Shown one piece after another: positions 1 to 9,339 of a stretch of 36,892 nucleotides of DNA (positions are counted from its first letter, which is position 1; each line of letters opens with the position of its first letter). A program made the position numbers and the translations under genes. A model generated the notes under the pieces. It was not told the origin of the DNA. It ran no database searches and was given only the letters and a program-made list of their open reading frames with translations. The stretch lies in the sequence record SRR20825019_103; one strand, given 5' to 3'.

Positions 1-3000
1 GTCCAGCTTGCCCGTCACCGTCAGAGGCAACGCCCCCAGAACAATGATCTCAGACGGCACCATGTAGGACGGAAGCCGTTCCCGGCACCAGATATGGGCG
101 CTCTCAAGGCCAGCCTCGCCGACCACATAGGCCACCAGCCGGGCTTGCGAAGGCGTATCATCCGGCGCCCAGAGTACGGCCGCCGCCTGCCGGATATGCG
201 GATGATCCCGTAATGTTGCTTCGATCTCACCGAGTTCAATGCGGAAGCCGCGCAGTTTGATTTGGCCGTCGCGCCGTCCGACCACCTCAAGGCTGCCGTC
301 GGGCAGGCGGCGGGCCATGTCGCCGCTGCGATAGCGGATTGCGCCGGGGCGGACCGGGTCCGGCTCGAAGGCACTGGAATCCTGTTGCCAATAGCCGAGC
401 GCGACATGCGGGCTGCAGATGGCGATCTCGCCGAACAGGTCCGTTCGGGTGCCGGTATCGTCGAGCAATTCGATCCCCGTGCCGTCGATGGCATGGCCGA
501 CAGGGACCGAGAACCGGCGCAAGTCGGTCTCGTGATTGGCGAAGAATTGCAGGGTCACGGTCGACTCAGTCGGGCCGAGGCCGTTGACAAACAGGCAGCC
601 GGGCCCGAATGCCTTCCGGAAGATCTCGAAATCGGCCCGGGTGACGGCCTCGCCGCCCATGACGACAAGCCGGATCGCGGGCAGACGGCGATCCAGCCCG
701 TCGGTGAAGGCGCGGAAAACACTCGGCGTCGAGTGCCAGACGGTCACTCCTTCGCTTTCGAGCCAGGGCGCACTATCCGCGATCGACCGGGTGCGTGCGT
801 CGAAGAGGCAGAGCGTGGCGCCGTTCAGCAGGGCGCCGTAGAAATCCATCACAGAAGCGTCAAAGGCGTAGGAGGCGAGCTGAAGCAGCCGGTCCTCTTC
901 TGTCAGCCGCAGATTCTCAGTGTAGCGCCGGATGAAGTGCAGCACGTTGCGATGGTTCTGCACCACGCCCTTGGGCCGTCCGGTGGAGCCGGAGGTGTAG
1001 AGCAGGTAGGCCACGCTGTCGGGAGATATCTCAGGAAGTGTCCCGGCAGGAGGCAGATCGAGATAGTCGAGATGCAGGATCTCGCGGTCCGGCCCGGCAA
1101 GCGCGCTCGCGAGGTATTCATGAGGGGCTGCGCAGACGATGATGTCGGCGCCGACATCGTCGAGGATGGTGCGCAGCCGTTGTGGCGGTTGCGACGGATC
1201 GAGCGGGACATAGGCACGTCCGGCCTGCAGCACGCCGAGCATGCCAATTGCCATCTGTGTATCGTGCGGCAACAACAGGGCGATGCGGCCGCTGCCGGAA
1301 TGCTCAAGGAGCGCTGCGGCGAGGCGGCGGCTTTCCCGATCGAGCGCGCCATAGGTCAGTGACTGGCCCGGCGTCCGGATGGCGACGCGGTCGTGGTAGC
1401 GGGCCACCTGGTCGGCGAAACGGCTCTGGATCGAGCGCTCGATGGAGCCGAAACGGACTGGCTCGCCTGCCGGGCGGGGCATGTCGGGACGCCGCGCCGG
1501 GTCTTCATTGTAGAGGTTCAGGTCCGTCAGCAGGGCATCCGGTTGGGCGACGATCCCGCGCAGCAGGGTGAGAAAGCAGTCGCCGAGGAAGGTGGCGGTC
1601 TCATGCTCGAACAAAGCGGCATTATATTGCAGCGCGCCGTCGAGAGCACCGTCCGGCAATTCGGTGAAAGTCAGGTTCAGATCGAACTTCACGAGGAAGT
1701 CCTGTGCCGGGCTGACCTGTTCCACCTCGAGCCCGTCCAGCGCAATCTGTTCGCGCCGTGTGTTGACCAGATTGATCATCACCTGGAACAACGGATTGTG
1801 GCTGAGTGATCGGGCCGGATGCAGATCCTCGACCAGATATTCGAAAGGCACGTCCTGGTGGGCGTAGGCGGAAAGCGTCCCCTGCCGGATATCGGCGAGG
1901 AAGTCCCGGAAGCTCCCGGCCTCTGGGACCCTGGTGCGCATCACGAGGGTGTTGAGGAACAGGCCGACGATATCTTCCAGCCGGCTGTCGCCCCGGTTCG
2001 CCACCGGGACACCGACGGAGATATCGCGTGTGCCGCCGAAGCGGAACAGCAAGAGGTTGTAAGCGGCCAGCAGGACCATGAAGAGGGTGGCGTCGTTTCC
2101 GCGCGCCAGAGTGCGCAGAGCGCGTGCGAGATCCGCCTCGATCCGGACGGGAGCCGAGCCGCCTTCATGCACCTGGATAGCCGGACGAGGGTGGTCGGTC
2201 GGCAGATCCAGAAGTTCCGGCGCCCCGGCAAGGCGGTCACGCCAGAAGGCGAGTTCCTGTTCCAGCGCATCACCCTTGAGCCAGGCATTCTGCCACCTGG
2301 CATAGCCGGTATAGTTCAACGCCGGCCCCGGAAACGCCGCATCCATGTCTGTCCGGAAGGCCGCATAGAGGCGGGCAAGATCGGCGATGAGCAGGTCGAT
2401 GGACCAGCCGTCACAGATGATGTGATGCATGTTGAACAGCAACCGGTGCCGGTCCGGCCCGAGGGTGATCAGGTGCAGCCGGAAAAGCGGCCCCTGCGCC
2501 AGATCGAACGGCGCGCGCGCGTGTTCCTCGCTCAGCCGTTCGGCCTCGGCTTGCGCGTCCGCTCCCGGCAGATCGCCGAGGTCGCTTTCCGTGAGCGGGT
2601 CGTAGTCTTCCAGAAAGCGGGCGACCGGCTTGCCGTCATCGAAGGCAAAGCAGAGCCGGAGGCTGTCATGACGGGTGACGAGCGCGGCAAGGGCCTTGCG
2701 CAACGCGAGCTTGTCCAGCGCGCCATTGAGGTCCAGTGCGGCGGGAACATTGTAGGACGCGCTGGTGCCTTCGAGTTGATCGAGGAACATCAGCCGCTGT
2801 TGCGCGAAAGATGGCTCTGGCGTGACCCCCGGCGGGAGCGCGGAGATTTCCGGCCGTGCGTGATTGCGCCCGGCATCGATGCTGGATGCGAGCCCGGCAA
2901 GTGTCGGCTTTTCGAACAAATCGCGCAGGGACAGCCCGGTTTCGAATACGTCGGCGATGCGGGCCATGAGCTGGACGGCGAGCAGGGAATGACCGCCGAT

Positions 3001-6000
3001 GGAAAAGAAGTTCGCGTCCCGGTCGACCGCGTCAAGGCCGAGCAACCCGGCCCAGATCTCTGCGAGGATTGTCTCCGTCTGGCCGCGCGGAGGCTGGGCT
3101 GTGCGCGGGGTGAAAGACAGGTTCGACAGTGCGAGGCGGTCGAGTTTGCCGTTTGGCGTGACCGGGAGACCGTCGAGCCGGATCAGCCGGTCCGGAACCA
3201 TATAGGCCGGCAGGGACCGTTCCAGCGCCGGGCGCAGTTCCTCGGGATCGGATTGTTGCCCACAGGTGACATAGCCAACCAGATGCTCGTGCGATCCGGC
3301 CTTTGAGACAACGACGGCGGCATCCTCTACGGCAGGCTGTGCGCGCAGGGTGGCTTCGATCTCTTCGAGTTCGATCCGGAAGCCGCGCAGTTTGATCTGC
3401 TGATCGCGGCGGCCGATATAGTCGAGCGTGCCGCCGTCTTGCCACTGCACAACGTCGCCGGTTGCATAGTAACGCCCGGTATGGCCGTCCTCTGTCAGCT
3501 CGACAAATCTGGCGGCGGTGAGCTCAGGACGCCCGAGATAACCGGCGCCGACACCGATGCCGCCGATGAAAAGCTCCCCCGGCATGCCGACGGGCACGGG
3601 AGCGCCGTTCGGGTCGAGTACCAGCACCCGGACATTATCGATCGGGCGGCCGAGCGGGACCCCGGCTGCGTCCGAAGCGGGATCGAAGGGACCCGCAATC
3701 GCAACGTCGGTGCATTCGGTCGGCCCGTAGCTGTTCAGCACGGTCGCGCGGCAGCTTGCCGAGGTCAGCCATGGTCGCAGGCGTTCGGCCTGAATGGGCT
3801 CACCGCCGAGAATCACATGACGCAGCGAGGTGAGCGGCGCGTGATTGTCGCCGGTCGCGAGCGGGTAGAAGGCACTCGGCGTGCAGTTGATCCAGGTGAT
3901 CTCTCCCTCGGAAATCTCGCGGCGCAAGGCGGCCGGGTCGTATCCGTGGCCGGTCTCCGGGAAATGAAGCGCGGCACCGGCCATGAGGGGGGCGAACAGG
4001 TTTTTCTGCGTCAGGTCGAAACCAAGCGCGCTGACCAGCAAGCCCCGGTCGTCTTCGCCAAGATCAAGTGCCCGGCAATACCATTGCAGCAGATTGACGA
4101 AGCCCTTGTGATAGACGCCAGCCCCTTTCGGCTCTCCGGTGGAGCCGGATGTGTAAATGACATAGAGCAGGTCATCGGGTGCGGGCCGGGTGGCCGGGTT
4201 CTCGACGCTCTCTTCGGCAAGCGTCGCGGCCAGCTGGTCCAGCAGGCAGATTTTTGCCGTTTCAGGAAGCCGGTCCGCCAGTTCGCCCTTGCTGAGGACC
4301 AGAGAGGCACCCGAGCCGGTAATCATCGCGTCGAGCCGCCCCGGGGGATATGCCGGGTCGAGCGGCAGATAGGCGGCGCCTGCCTTCACGATGCCGAGCA
4401 GACTGACCATCGCTTCCGGGCCGGGCTCGAGACACATGCCGACGATGTCCCCGCGCGAAATTCCGTGCCGCTGAAGATAATGGGCGAGCTGGTTGGCGCT
4501 GCGATTGACCATGTCGTAATCAAGGCTCTCGCGCCGGTCGACGAGCGCCGGGGCGTCCGGTCGCTGTGCGGCCTGGGCCTCGATGGCATCGACCAGTGTG
4601 TTCCAGGAAAGATCCGTGCTTGCGCCATCTTGCCAATGCGCGAGCGCGGCGCGCTCCGGTTCGGTGATCAGTCCGAGATCACCAAGGGCCAGGTGCGGCC
4701 TGGATATGGCGGCGCCGAGCAGTTGCTCGAAATGACCGGCCATCCGCGCGATGCGGGCTTCGTCGAAAATGTCCGCGTTATATTCCCAGCAGGTGACGAA
4801 TCCGTCTCCGTCCGGCTCGACATAAAGCGTAAGGTCGAATTTCGACACGGCGACCGGGGGCGCAAGCGGGCGGGCCTCGGTACCGTCGAAGACCAGCCGC
4901 TCCATCGGCGCGTTCTGCATCACGAACATCACCTGGAACAACGGGCTGTGCACCAGACTGCGCTCAGGGTGCAGGTGATCGACCAGCAGCTCGAAAGGCA
5001 GGTCCTGATTGGCGTAGGCCCTGAGACAGCGGCGCCGGGTCTCTGCGACCAGTGCGGCGAAATCCGGCAGCTCCTCGTCGCGCCATCGCAGGGTCAGGAT
5101 ATTGACGAACATCCCCGCCAGATCCTCGCATTCCCGAAGCCGCCGGTTCGCGACCGGAGAGCCGATCAGAAGATCATGCTGGTCGCTGTACCGGGACAGG
5201 AGCAAGCCGAAGGTGGAGATCAGGGTCATGAAGTCGGTCGCGCTCTCCGCCCGGTTGAAGGCGCGCAGATTTGCGGCGAGAGCAGGATCGAGGGCGCGGG
5301 TCACGAGGCCGCCGCGATAGCTGCGGCTTTTGGGATGCGGACGGTCCGCGGGCAGTTCGAGCAGGGTCGGCGCGCCGTCCAGCTCCGCGATCCAGTGGTC
5401 GAGCTCGCGGCTGAGCGTTTCACCCTGGAACCAGTCATTCTGCCAGCGGGCAAAGTCGCCGCTGGTGACGGTCAGATCGGGAAGGCTGGCGGCCATTCCC
5501 TGATCGCCATGTGTCTCTGCCCGGTACAGTGCGGCAAAATCGCGGACGAGAATGTCGATGGTCCAGCCATCGCTGATGATGTGGTGGATATTGAACAGTA
5601 GCCAGTGCGTCCGGTCGTCGAAGCGCAGCAGGTGCAGGCGGAACAGGGGACCTTCCGAAAGGTCGAAAGGCTGTGCGCCGTGGCTCCTGCTCAGGCGTTC
5701 TGCCTCGGGCATGCGTTCGTCGGCGGGAAGCGTGCTCAGGTCAGTGACCTTCAGCGGGTCGTAAGGTGCGACAAGCTCCGCGACAGGCTCGCCCGCACGG
5801 GACGGGAAACAGCTTCGCAGGCTTGTTTGCCGTTCAACGAGTGCCCGCGCGGCTTGGCCGAGAGCCTTCTCATCGAGGGTCCCGCGCAGCTCCAGCGTGG
5901 CCGGCATGTTGTAGGTGGCGCTGGGGCCTTCGAGCTGCTCCAGGAACCACAACCGCCGCTGGGCAAAGGACAGGGGCGCGGTCTGCGCTCCGGGGTCGCT

Positions 6001-9000
6001 TGTGATCGGCGGCAATTGTTCGCCGTCGCGAAGCTGGTCGATCCGTTCCGCCAGCCCGGCAATGGTTGGCGCTTCGAACAGGGCACTGAGCGGCAGATCG
6101 ACATCGAAGCTGTCTCGCAGGCGGGTGACGAGGCGCATGGCGATCAGGGAATGCCCGCCGAGCGCGAAGAAATCGTCGGTGACGCCGATCCGGTCATGGC
6201 CAAGCAGCTCCGACCAGATCCCGGCCAGCAGCTCCTCGTCCTGATTGCGCGGAGCGACGGATTCTTCGTTCACCGCGACCGATGGCTCGATGAGTGCGCC
6301 GCGGTCGAGTTTGCCGCTTGAGGTCTTGGGGAGCTGAGCCAGCAGGGCCAGGCTGGACGGAACCATGGGCGCGGGCAGGGCCGCACGCAGATGCGCCATC
6401 AGGTCGGACTGCAGGGATTTCGGGCTTGCCTGCTTGCCGGAGGTCGCGACATAGGCGGCAAGGCGTCGGGCCGAGGCATGTCCGTGCACGATGATGGCGG
6501 CCTCGGTGACGGCGGGATGGCCGCTCAGGACCGCTTCGATCTCACCAAGCTCGACCCGCACGCCCCTGATTTTGACCTGGTCGTCGCGGCGGCCGATATA
6601 GTCGATCAGTCCGTCCTGGCGCCAGCGTGCGAAATCGCCGGTCCGGTAGATCCGCCCGAATTCCGGATGCTCAATGAAACGCTCGTGTGTCAGGTCGGGC
6701 TGGGCCATGTAGCCATGTGCGACGCATGGACCGGCGATACAGAGCTCCCCCGGAACGCCCGGCGGGACCGGTTGTCCGGTTTCGTCCAGCAGATGGATTT
6801 TGACATTGCCGATCGGCCGTCCGATCGACGGCAGGTCGTCCCAGTTCGTCACATCCTCGGGCAGGCGATACGCGGTCGCCACGTGGCTTTCTGTTGGCCC
6901 GTAATGGTTATGCAGGCGGCAGGCGCTGCGCCCAAAGACGGCGCGAATGGCCGGGGTGCCGCGTAATTGTTCACCGGCGGTGACGGTGTCGCGCAGGCAG
7001 TCCGGGAAAGCGTTGTTGCCTGTGCTCTCCGCGAGATGCTGCAAGGCGACGAAGGGCATGAAGACACGCTCTACATTCCGGCTTTCGATCCAGTCGAGCA
7101 GGGCACGGCCGTCGCGGCGGCAATCCTCGTCCACCAGCACCAGGGTTCCGCCGGAGCACCAGGTCGAGGCGATTTCCTGGAAGGCGACATCGAAGGTGAG
7201 GGCAGTGTATTGCAGCGTTCGCGCCGGCTGGTCGAGGCCGGGCTGGCGCGCTTGCCATGCCACCAGATTGACGATGGCCCGGTGCGGCATCTCCACACCT
7301 TTCGGACGGCCCGTCGAGCCGGAAGTGAAGAGCGCATAGATCCGGTCTTCGGGACCCGCCGGGCATTCGGGCGGGGTGGCGTCGCCTTTGGTCAGGAGCG
7401 GATCGTCGGGGGAAAGAGCGATGATCGCCGGGGCATCTCCGGGCATTTTTTCTGCGCTGGTCGGGTCGGTCAGGACGAGTGCCGCCCCGCTCTCGCGCAG
7501 GATAAAGCCGATACGCTCTGGCGGGTCCTGCGGGTCAACCGGCAGGCAGGCCGCGCCGGAACGCAGCACGCCGAGAACCGCGATCAATTGCTCTGCCGAG
7601 CGCGGCAAGGCAATCGCGATGATATCGTTGGCCCCGATACCGCGTTCCTGGAGATGGCGCGCCAGACGGCAGGCCCGGGCATCCAGCCCGGCATAGCTTA
7701 TCTGCGCCGTGCCGGTATCGAGGGCGATTGCGTCCGGCCGTTCCGCGACCTGCGCTGCGATCAGATCAACAAGGCTCCGGGCTGGCGGCACCGGAGCATC
7801 GGTCTCGTTCCAGCTCTGGATCCGGGCGGCTTCCGCCTCCGAGAGCAGCGGGATGGTGTCGAGCGGCTGGTCCGTGTTGTCGAGCAAGGCGGAAAGCAGG
7901 AGCTCGAAATGGCCACTCATGCGGTCGATCGTGTCGCGCTCGAAGAGGGCGCACGCATATTCCCAGGTCAGGCGGTAGCCGTCCGTCCGGTCGAGCGCGG
8001 TCAGGGTGATATCGAACACCGCGCCGCGCTGGCCGCCGGCAAGCATGTCGCTGAAGAGACCCTGTTCGACCAGAGGCGTACCAGCTTCGCGTTCATACAC
8101 GAACGCCACCTGAAAAAGCGGGGAGCGGCTGGGGTCACGCTGTGGCTGCAACTGTTCGACCAGCAGCGGGAACGGGTAATCCTGATGCTCCAGCGCGCCC
8201 AGAACGGTCTCGCGCACGTGGGCAAGGAAGTCAGCACCCTCTCCGTTTTTCGGAAAAACCAGACGCAGGATCGCCGGGTTCACGAAATAGCCGACAAGAT
8301 CCTTCAGCTCCGGCCGGGTGCGGCCGAGCATCGGCGAGCCGATCAGGATCTCGCGCTGACCGCTATAGCGGTTGAGCAGCAGGCCGAAGGTCCCGAGCAG
8401 AAGCACGTAAGGCGTGACCCCGAGGCGTTGCGCGGTTTCCTTCAGCCTGGCACTGAGCGCCGGGTCGAGGTCCTGGGTGATGGTCGCGCCGGTGAAATCC
8501 TGCCGTGGCGGGCGTTGCCTGTCCGTCGGCAGGTCGAGCACGGGAAGCTCGCCACCGAGCCGGTCCAGCCAATAGCTCCCGGACTGTTTGCCCGCTGGTG
8601 TTGAAAGGGTTTCGCGCGACCATTCGGCATAGGCGAGGTTGGTCCAGGGCAGGGCGGGGAGGGTGGCTGCGTGGCCTTCCCGTTCGGCGCAATACAGACT
8701 TGAAAGATCGCTCATGAGGATTTCGAGCGAGCGGAAATCCACCACGATGTGATGTGCCACAAGGGCGAGCACCGGGGTCGGGAGTGTGCCGTTCGACATG
8801 CCGGAGAAGAGATGCCAGCGAACGGGCGGAGCGGCCTCCAGATCGAAAGGCTGATCGGCGAATTCCGCGATGGCGCTCTCGACCTCGGCGACACTCCAGC
8901 CACTGACATCGGTCACCGGGAGATCCACGGGGGCGGGTGCCGAGGGGGTGCTGAAGGGTTTGCCGCCGTGGCTGCCGAAACGGCTGCGCAGGCCTTGATG

Positions 9001-9339
9001 CCGCTCCGTCAGCTTGTCGAGCGCGGCTTGCAGCGCACGCATGTCCAGATCACGTCCCAGCCGGGCGGCGAAGAGTGTGTTGTAGGCGATACTTGTCCGG
9101 TCGAGCTCGTAGAGGAACCAGAGTGCTTCCTGCCCCAGTGACAGAGGCTCCGCCGTGTGGTCCGGTATTTCAGGCGCACGGTTCAGATACGCGATCAGGT
9201 CCGACTTGCGGTCCCTGATCTGGGTGAGGACGTCTTCGTCGATTGCCCCGCTCGGCCCGTGGTACCGGATTTGCCCTTCCGTCACGGAAAGCTCGACTTG
9301 GCGCTCAGCCAAAGTTCTTACGAATTCTGCAATCGTCAT
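1..9339 (-). CDS. Multimodular NRPS, 3' end outside the window. Approximate domains: N-terminal TubC_N-like docking domain (9339-9185), C1 (9150-7850), A1 (7720-6300), T1 (6240-6040), C2 (5985-4700), A2 (4560-3135), T2 (3075-2880), C3 (2820-1540), A3 (1420-1)
   Basis: Segments translated by hand all fall in one frame from ATG 9339, which overlaps the PKS stop (ATGA): [20 protein letters not shown] motifs HHIVVDF (~8750), HHIISDG (~5580), HHIICDG (~2420). PCP cores FFALGGHSLIAM (~6150) and FFSIGGHSLLAV (~2990). A-domain motifs YTSGSTGRPKG, YGPTE, LPKTSSGKLDR, LPVTPNGKLDR, LPLTVTGKLD. Its absence from the ORF track fits having no in-window stop. Confidence 0.96.
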   Translation of the reverse strand, partial: MTIAEFVRTLAERQVELSVTEGQIRYHGPSGAIDEDVLTQIRDRKSDLIAYLNRAPEIPDHTAEPLSLGQEALWFLYELDRTSIAYNTLFAARLGRDLDMRALQAALDKLTERHQGLRSRFGSHGGKPFSTPSAPAPVDLPVTDVSGWSVAEVESAIAEFADQPFDLEAAPPVRWHLFSGMSNGTLPTPVLALVAHHIVVDFRSLEILMSDLSSLYCAEREGHAATLPALPWTNLAYAEWSRETLSTPAGKQSGSYWLDRLGGELPVLDLPTDRQRPPRQDFTGATITQDLDPALSARLKETAQRLGVTPYVLLLGTFGLLLNRYSGQREILIGSPMLGRTRPELKDLVGYFVNPAILRLVFPKNGEGADFLAHVRETVLGALEHQDYPFPLLVEQLQPQRDPSRSPLFQVAFVYEREAGTPLVEQGLFSDMLAGGQRGAVFDITLTALDRTDGYRLTWEYACALFERDTIDRMSGHFELLLSALLDNTDQPLDTIPLLSEAEAARIQSWNETDAPVPPARSLVDLIAAQVAERPDAIALDTGTAQISYAGLDARACRLARHLQERGIGANDIIAIALPRSAEQLIAVLGVLRSGAACLPVDPQDPPERIGFILRESGAALVLTDPTSAEKMPGDAPAIIALSPDDPLLTKGDATPPECPAGPEDRIYALFTSGSTGRPKGVEMPHRAIVNLVAWQARQPGLDQPARTLQYTALTFDVAFQEIASTWCSGGTLVLVDEDCRRDGRALLDWIESRNVERVFMPFVALQHLAESTGNNAFPDCLRDTVTAGEQLRGTPAIRAVFGRSACRLHNHYGPTESHVATAYRLPEDVTNWDDLPSIGRPIGNVKIHLLDETGQPVPPGVPGELCIAGPCVAHGYMAQPDLTHERFIEHPEFGRIYRTGDFARWRQDGLIDYIGRRDDQVKIRGVRVELGEIEAVLSGHPAVTEAAIIVHGHASARRLAAYVATSGKQASPKSLQSDLMAHLRAALPAPMVPSSLALLAQLPKTSSGKLDRGALIEPSVAVNEESVAPRNQDEELLAGIWSELLGHDRIGVTDDFFALGGHSLIAMRLVTRLRDSFDVDLPLSALFEAPTIAGLAERIDQLRDGEQLPPITSDPGAQTAPLSFAQRRLWFLEQLEGPSATYNMPATLELRGTLDEKALGQAARALVERQTSLRSCFPSRAGEPVAELVAPYDPLKVTDLSTLPADERMPEAERLSRSHGAQPFDLSEGPLFRLHLLRFDDRTHWLLFNIHHIISDGWTIDILVRDFAALYRAETHGDQGMAASLPDLTVTSGDFARWQNDWFQGETLSRELDHWIAELDGAPTLLELPADRPHPKSRSYRGGLVTRALDPALAANLRAFNRAESATDFMTLISTFGLLLSRYSDQHDLLIGSPVANRRLRECEDLAGMFVNILTLRWRDEELPDFAALVAETRRRCLRAYANQDLPFELLVDHLHPERSLVHSPLFQVMFVMQNAPMERLVFDGTEARPLAPPVAVSKFDLTLYVEPDGDGFVTCWEYNADIFDEARIARMAGHFEQLLGAAISRPHLALGDLGLITEPERAALAHWQDGASTDLSWNTLVDAIEAQAAQRPDAPALVDRRESLDYDMVNRSANQLAHYLQRHGISRGDIVGMCLEPGPEAMVSLLGIVKAGAAYLPLDPAYPPGRLDAMITGSGASLVLSKGELADRLPETAKICLLDQLAATLAEESVENPATRPAPDDLLYVIYTSGSTGEPKGAGVYHKGFVNLLQWYCRALDLGEDDRGLLVSALGFDLTQKNLFAPLMAGAALHFPETGHGYDPAALRREISEGEITWINCTPSAFYPLATGDNHAPLTSLRHVILGGEPIQAERLRPWLTSASCRATVLNSYGPTECTDVAIAGPFDPASDAAGVPLGRPIDNVRVLVLDPNGAPVPVGMPGELFIGGIGVGAGYLGRPELTAARFVELTEDGHTGRYYATGDVVQWQDGGTLDYIGRRDQQIKLRGFRIELEEIEATLRAQPAVEDAAVVVSKAGSHEHLVGYVTCGQQSDPEELRPALERSLPAYMVPDRLIRLDGLPVTPNGKLDRLALSNLSFTPRTAQPPRGQTETILAEIWAGLLGLDAVDRDANFFSIGGHSLLAVQLMARIADVFETGLSLRDLFEKPTLAGLASSIDAGRNHARPEISALPPGVTPEPSFAQQRLMFLDQLEGTSASYNVPAALDLNGALDKLALRKALAALVTRHDSLRLCFAFDDGKPVARFLEDYDPLTESDLGDLPGADAQAEAERLSEEHARAPFDLAQGPLFRLHLITLGPDRHRLLFNMHHIICDGWSIDLLIADLARLYAAFRTDMDAAFPGPALNYTGYARWQNAWLKGDALEQELAFWRDRLAGAPELLDLPTDHPRPAIQVHEGGSAPVRIEADLARALRTLARGNDATLFMVLLAAYNLLLFRFGGTRDISVGVPVANRGDSRLEDIVGLFLNTLVMRTRVPEAGSFRDFLADIRQGTLSAYAHQDVPFEYLVEDLHPARSLSHNPLFQVMINLVNTRREQIALDGLEVEQVSPAQDFLVKFDLNLTFTELPDGALDGALQYNAALFEHETATFLGDCFLTLLRGIVAQPDALLTDLNLYNEDPARRPDMPRPAGEPVRFGSIERSIQSRFADQVARYHDRVAIRTPGQSLTYGALDRESRRLAAALLEHSGSGRIALLLPHDTQMAIGMLGVLQAGRAYVPLDPSQPPQRLRTILDDVGADIIVCAAPHEYLASALAGPDREILHLDYLDLPPAGTLPEISPDSVAYLLYTSGSTGRPKGVVQNHRNVLHFIRRYTENLRLTEEDRLLQLASYAFDASVMDFYGALLNGATLCLFDARTRSIADSAPWLESEGVTVWHSTPSVFRAFTDGLDRRLPAIRLVVMGGEAVTRADFEIFRKAFGPGCLFVNGLGPTESTVTLQFFANHETDLRRFSVPVGHAIDGTGIELLDDTGTRTDLFGEIAICSPHVALGYWQQDSSAFEPDPVRPGAIRYRSGDMARRLPDGSLEVVGRRDGQIKLRGFRIELGEIEATLRDHPHIRQAAAVLWAPDDTPSQARLVAYVVGEAGLESAHIWCRERLPSYMVPSEIIVLGALPLTVTGKLD

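Noticed and set aside
1-9339. Apparent absence or fragmentation of a gene in the ORF track
   Set aside because: All hand-translated segments lie in one frame from 9339. The ORF simply has no stop inside the window, so it is not a pseudogene.
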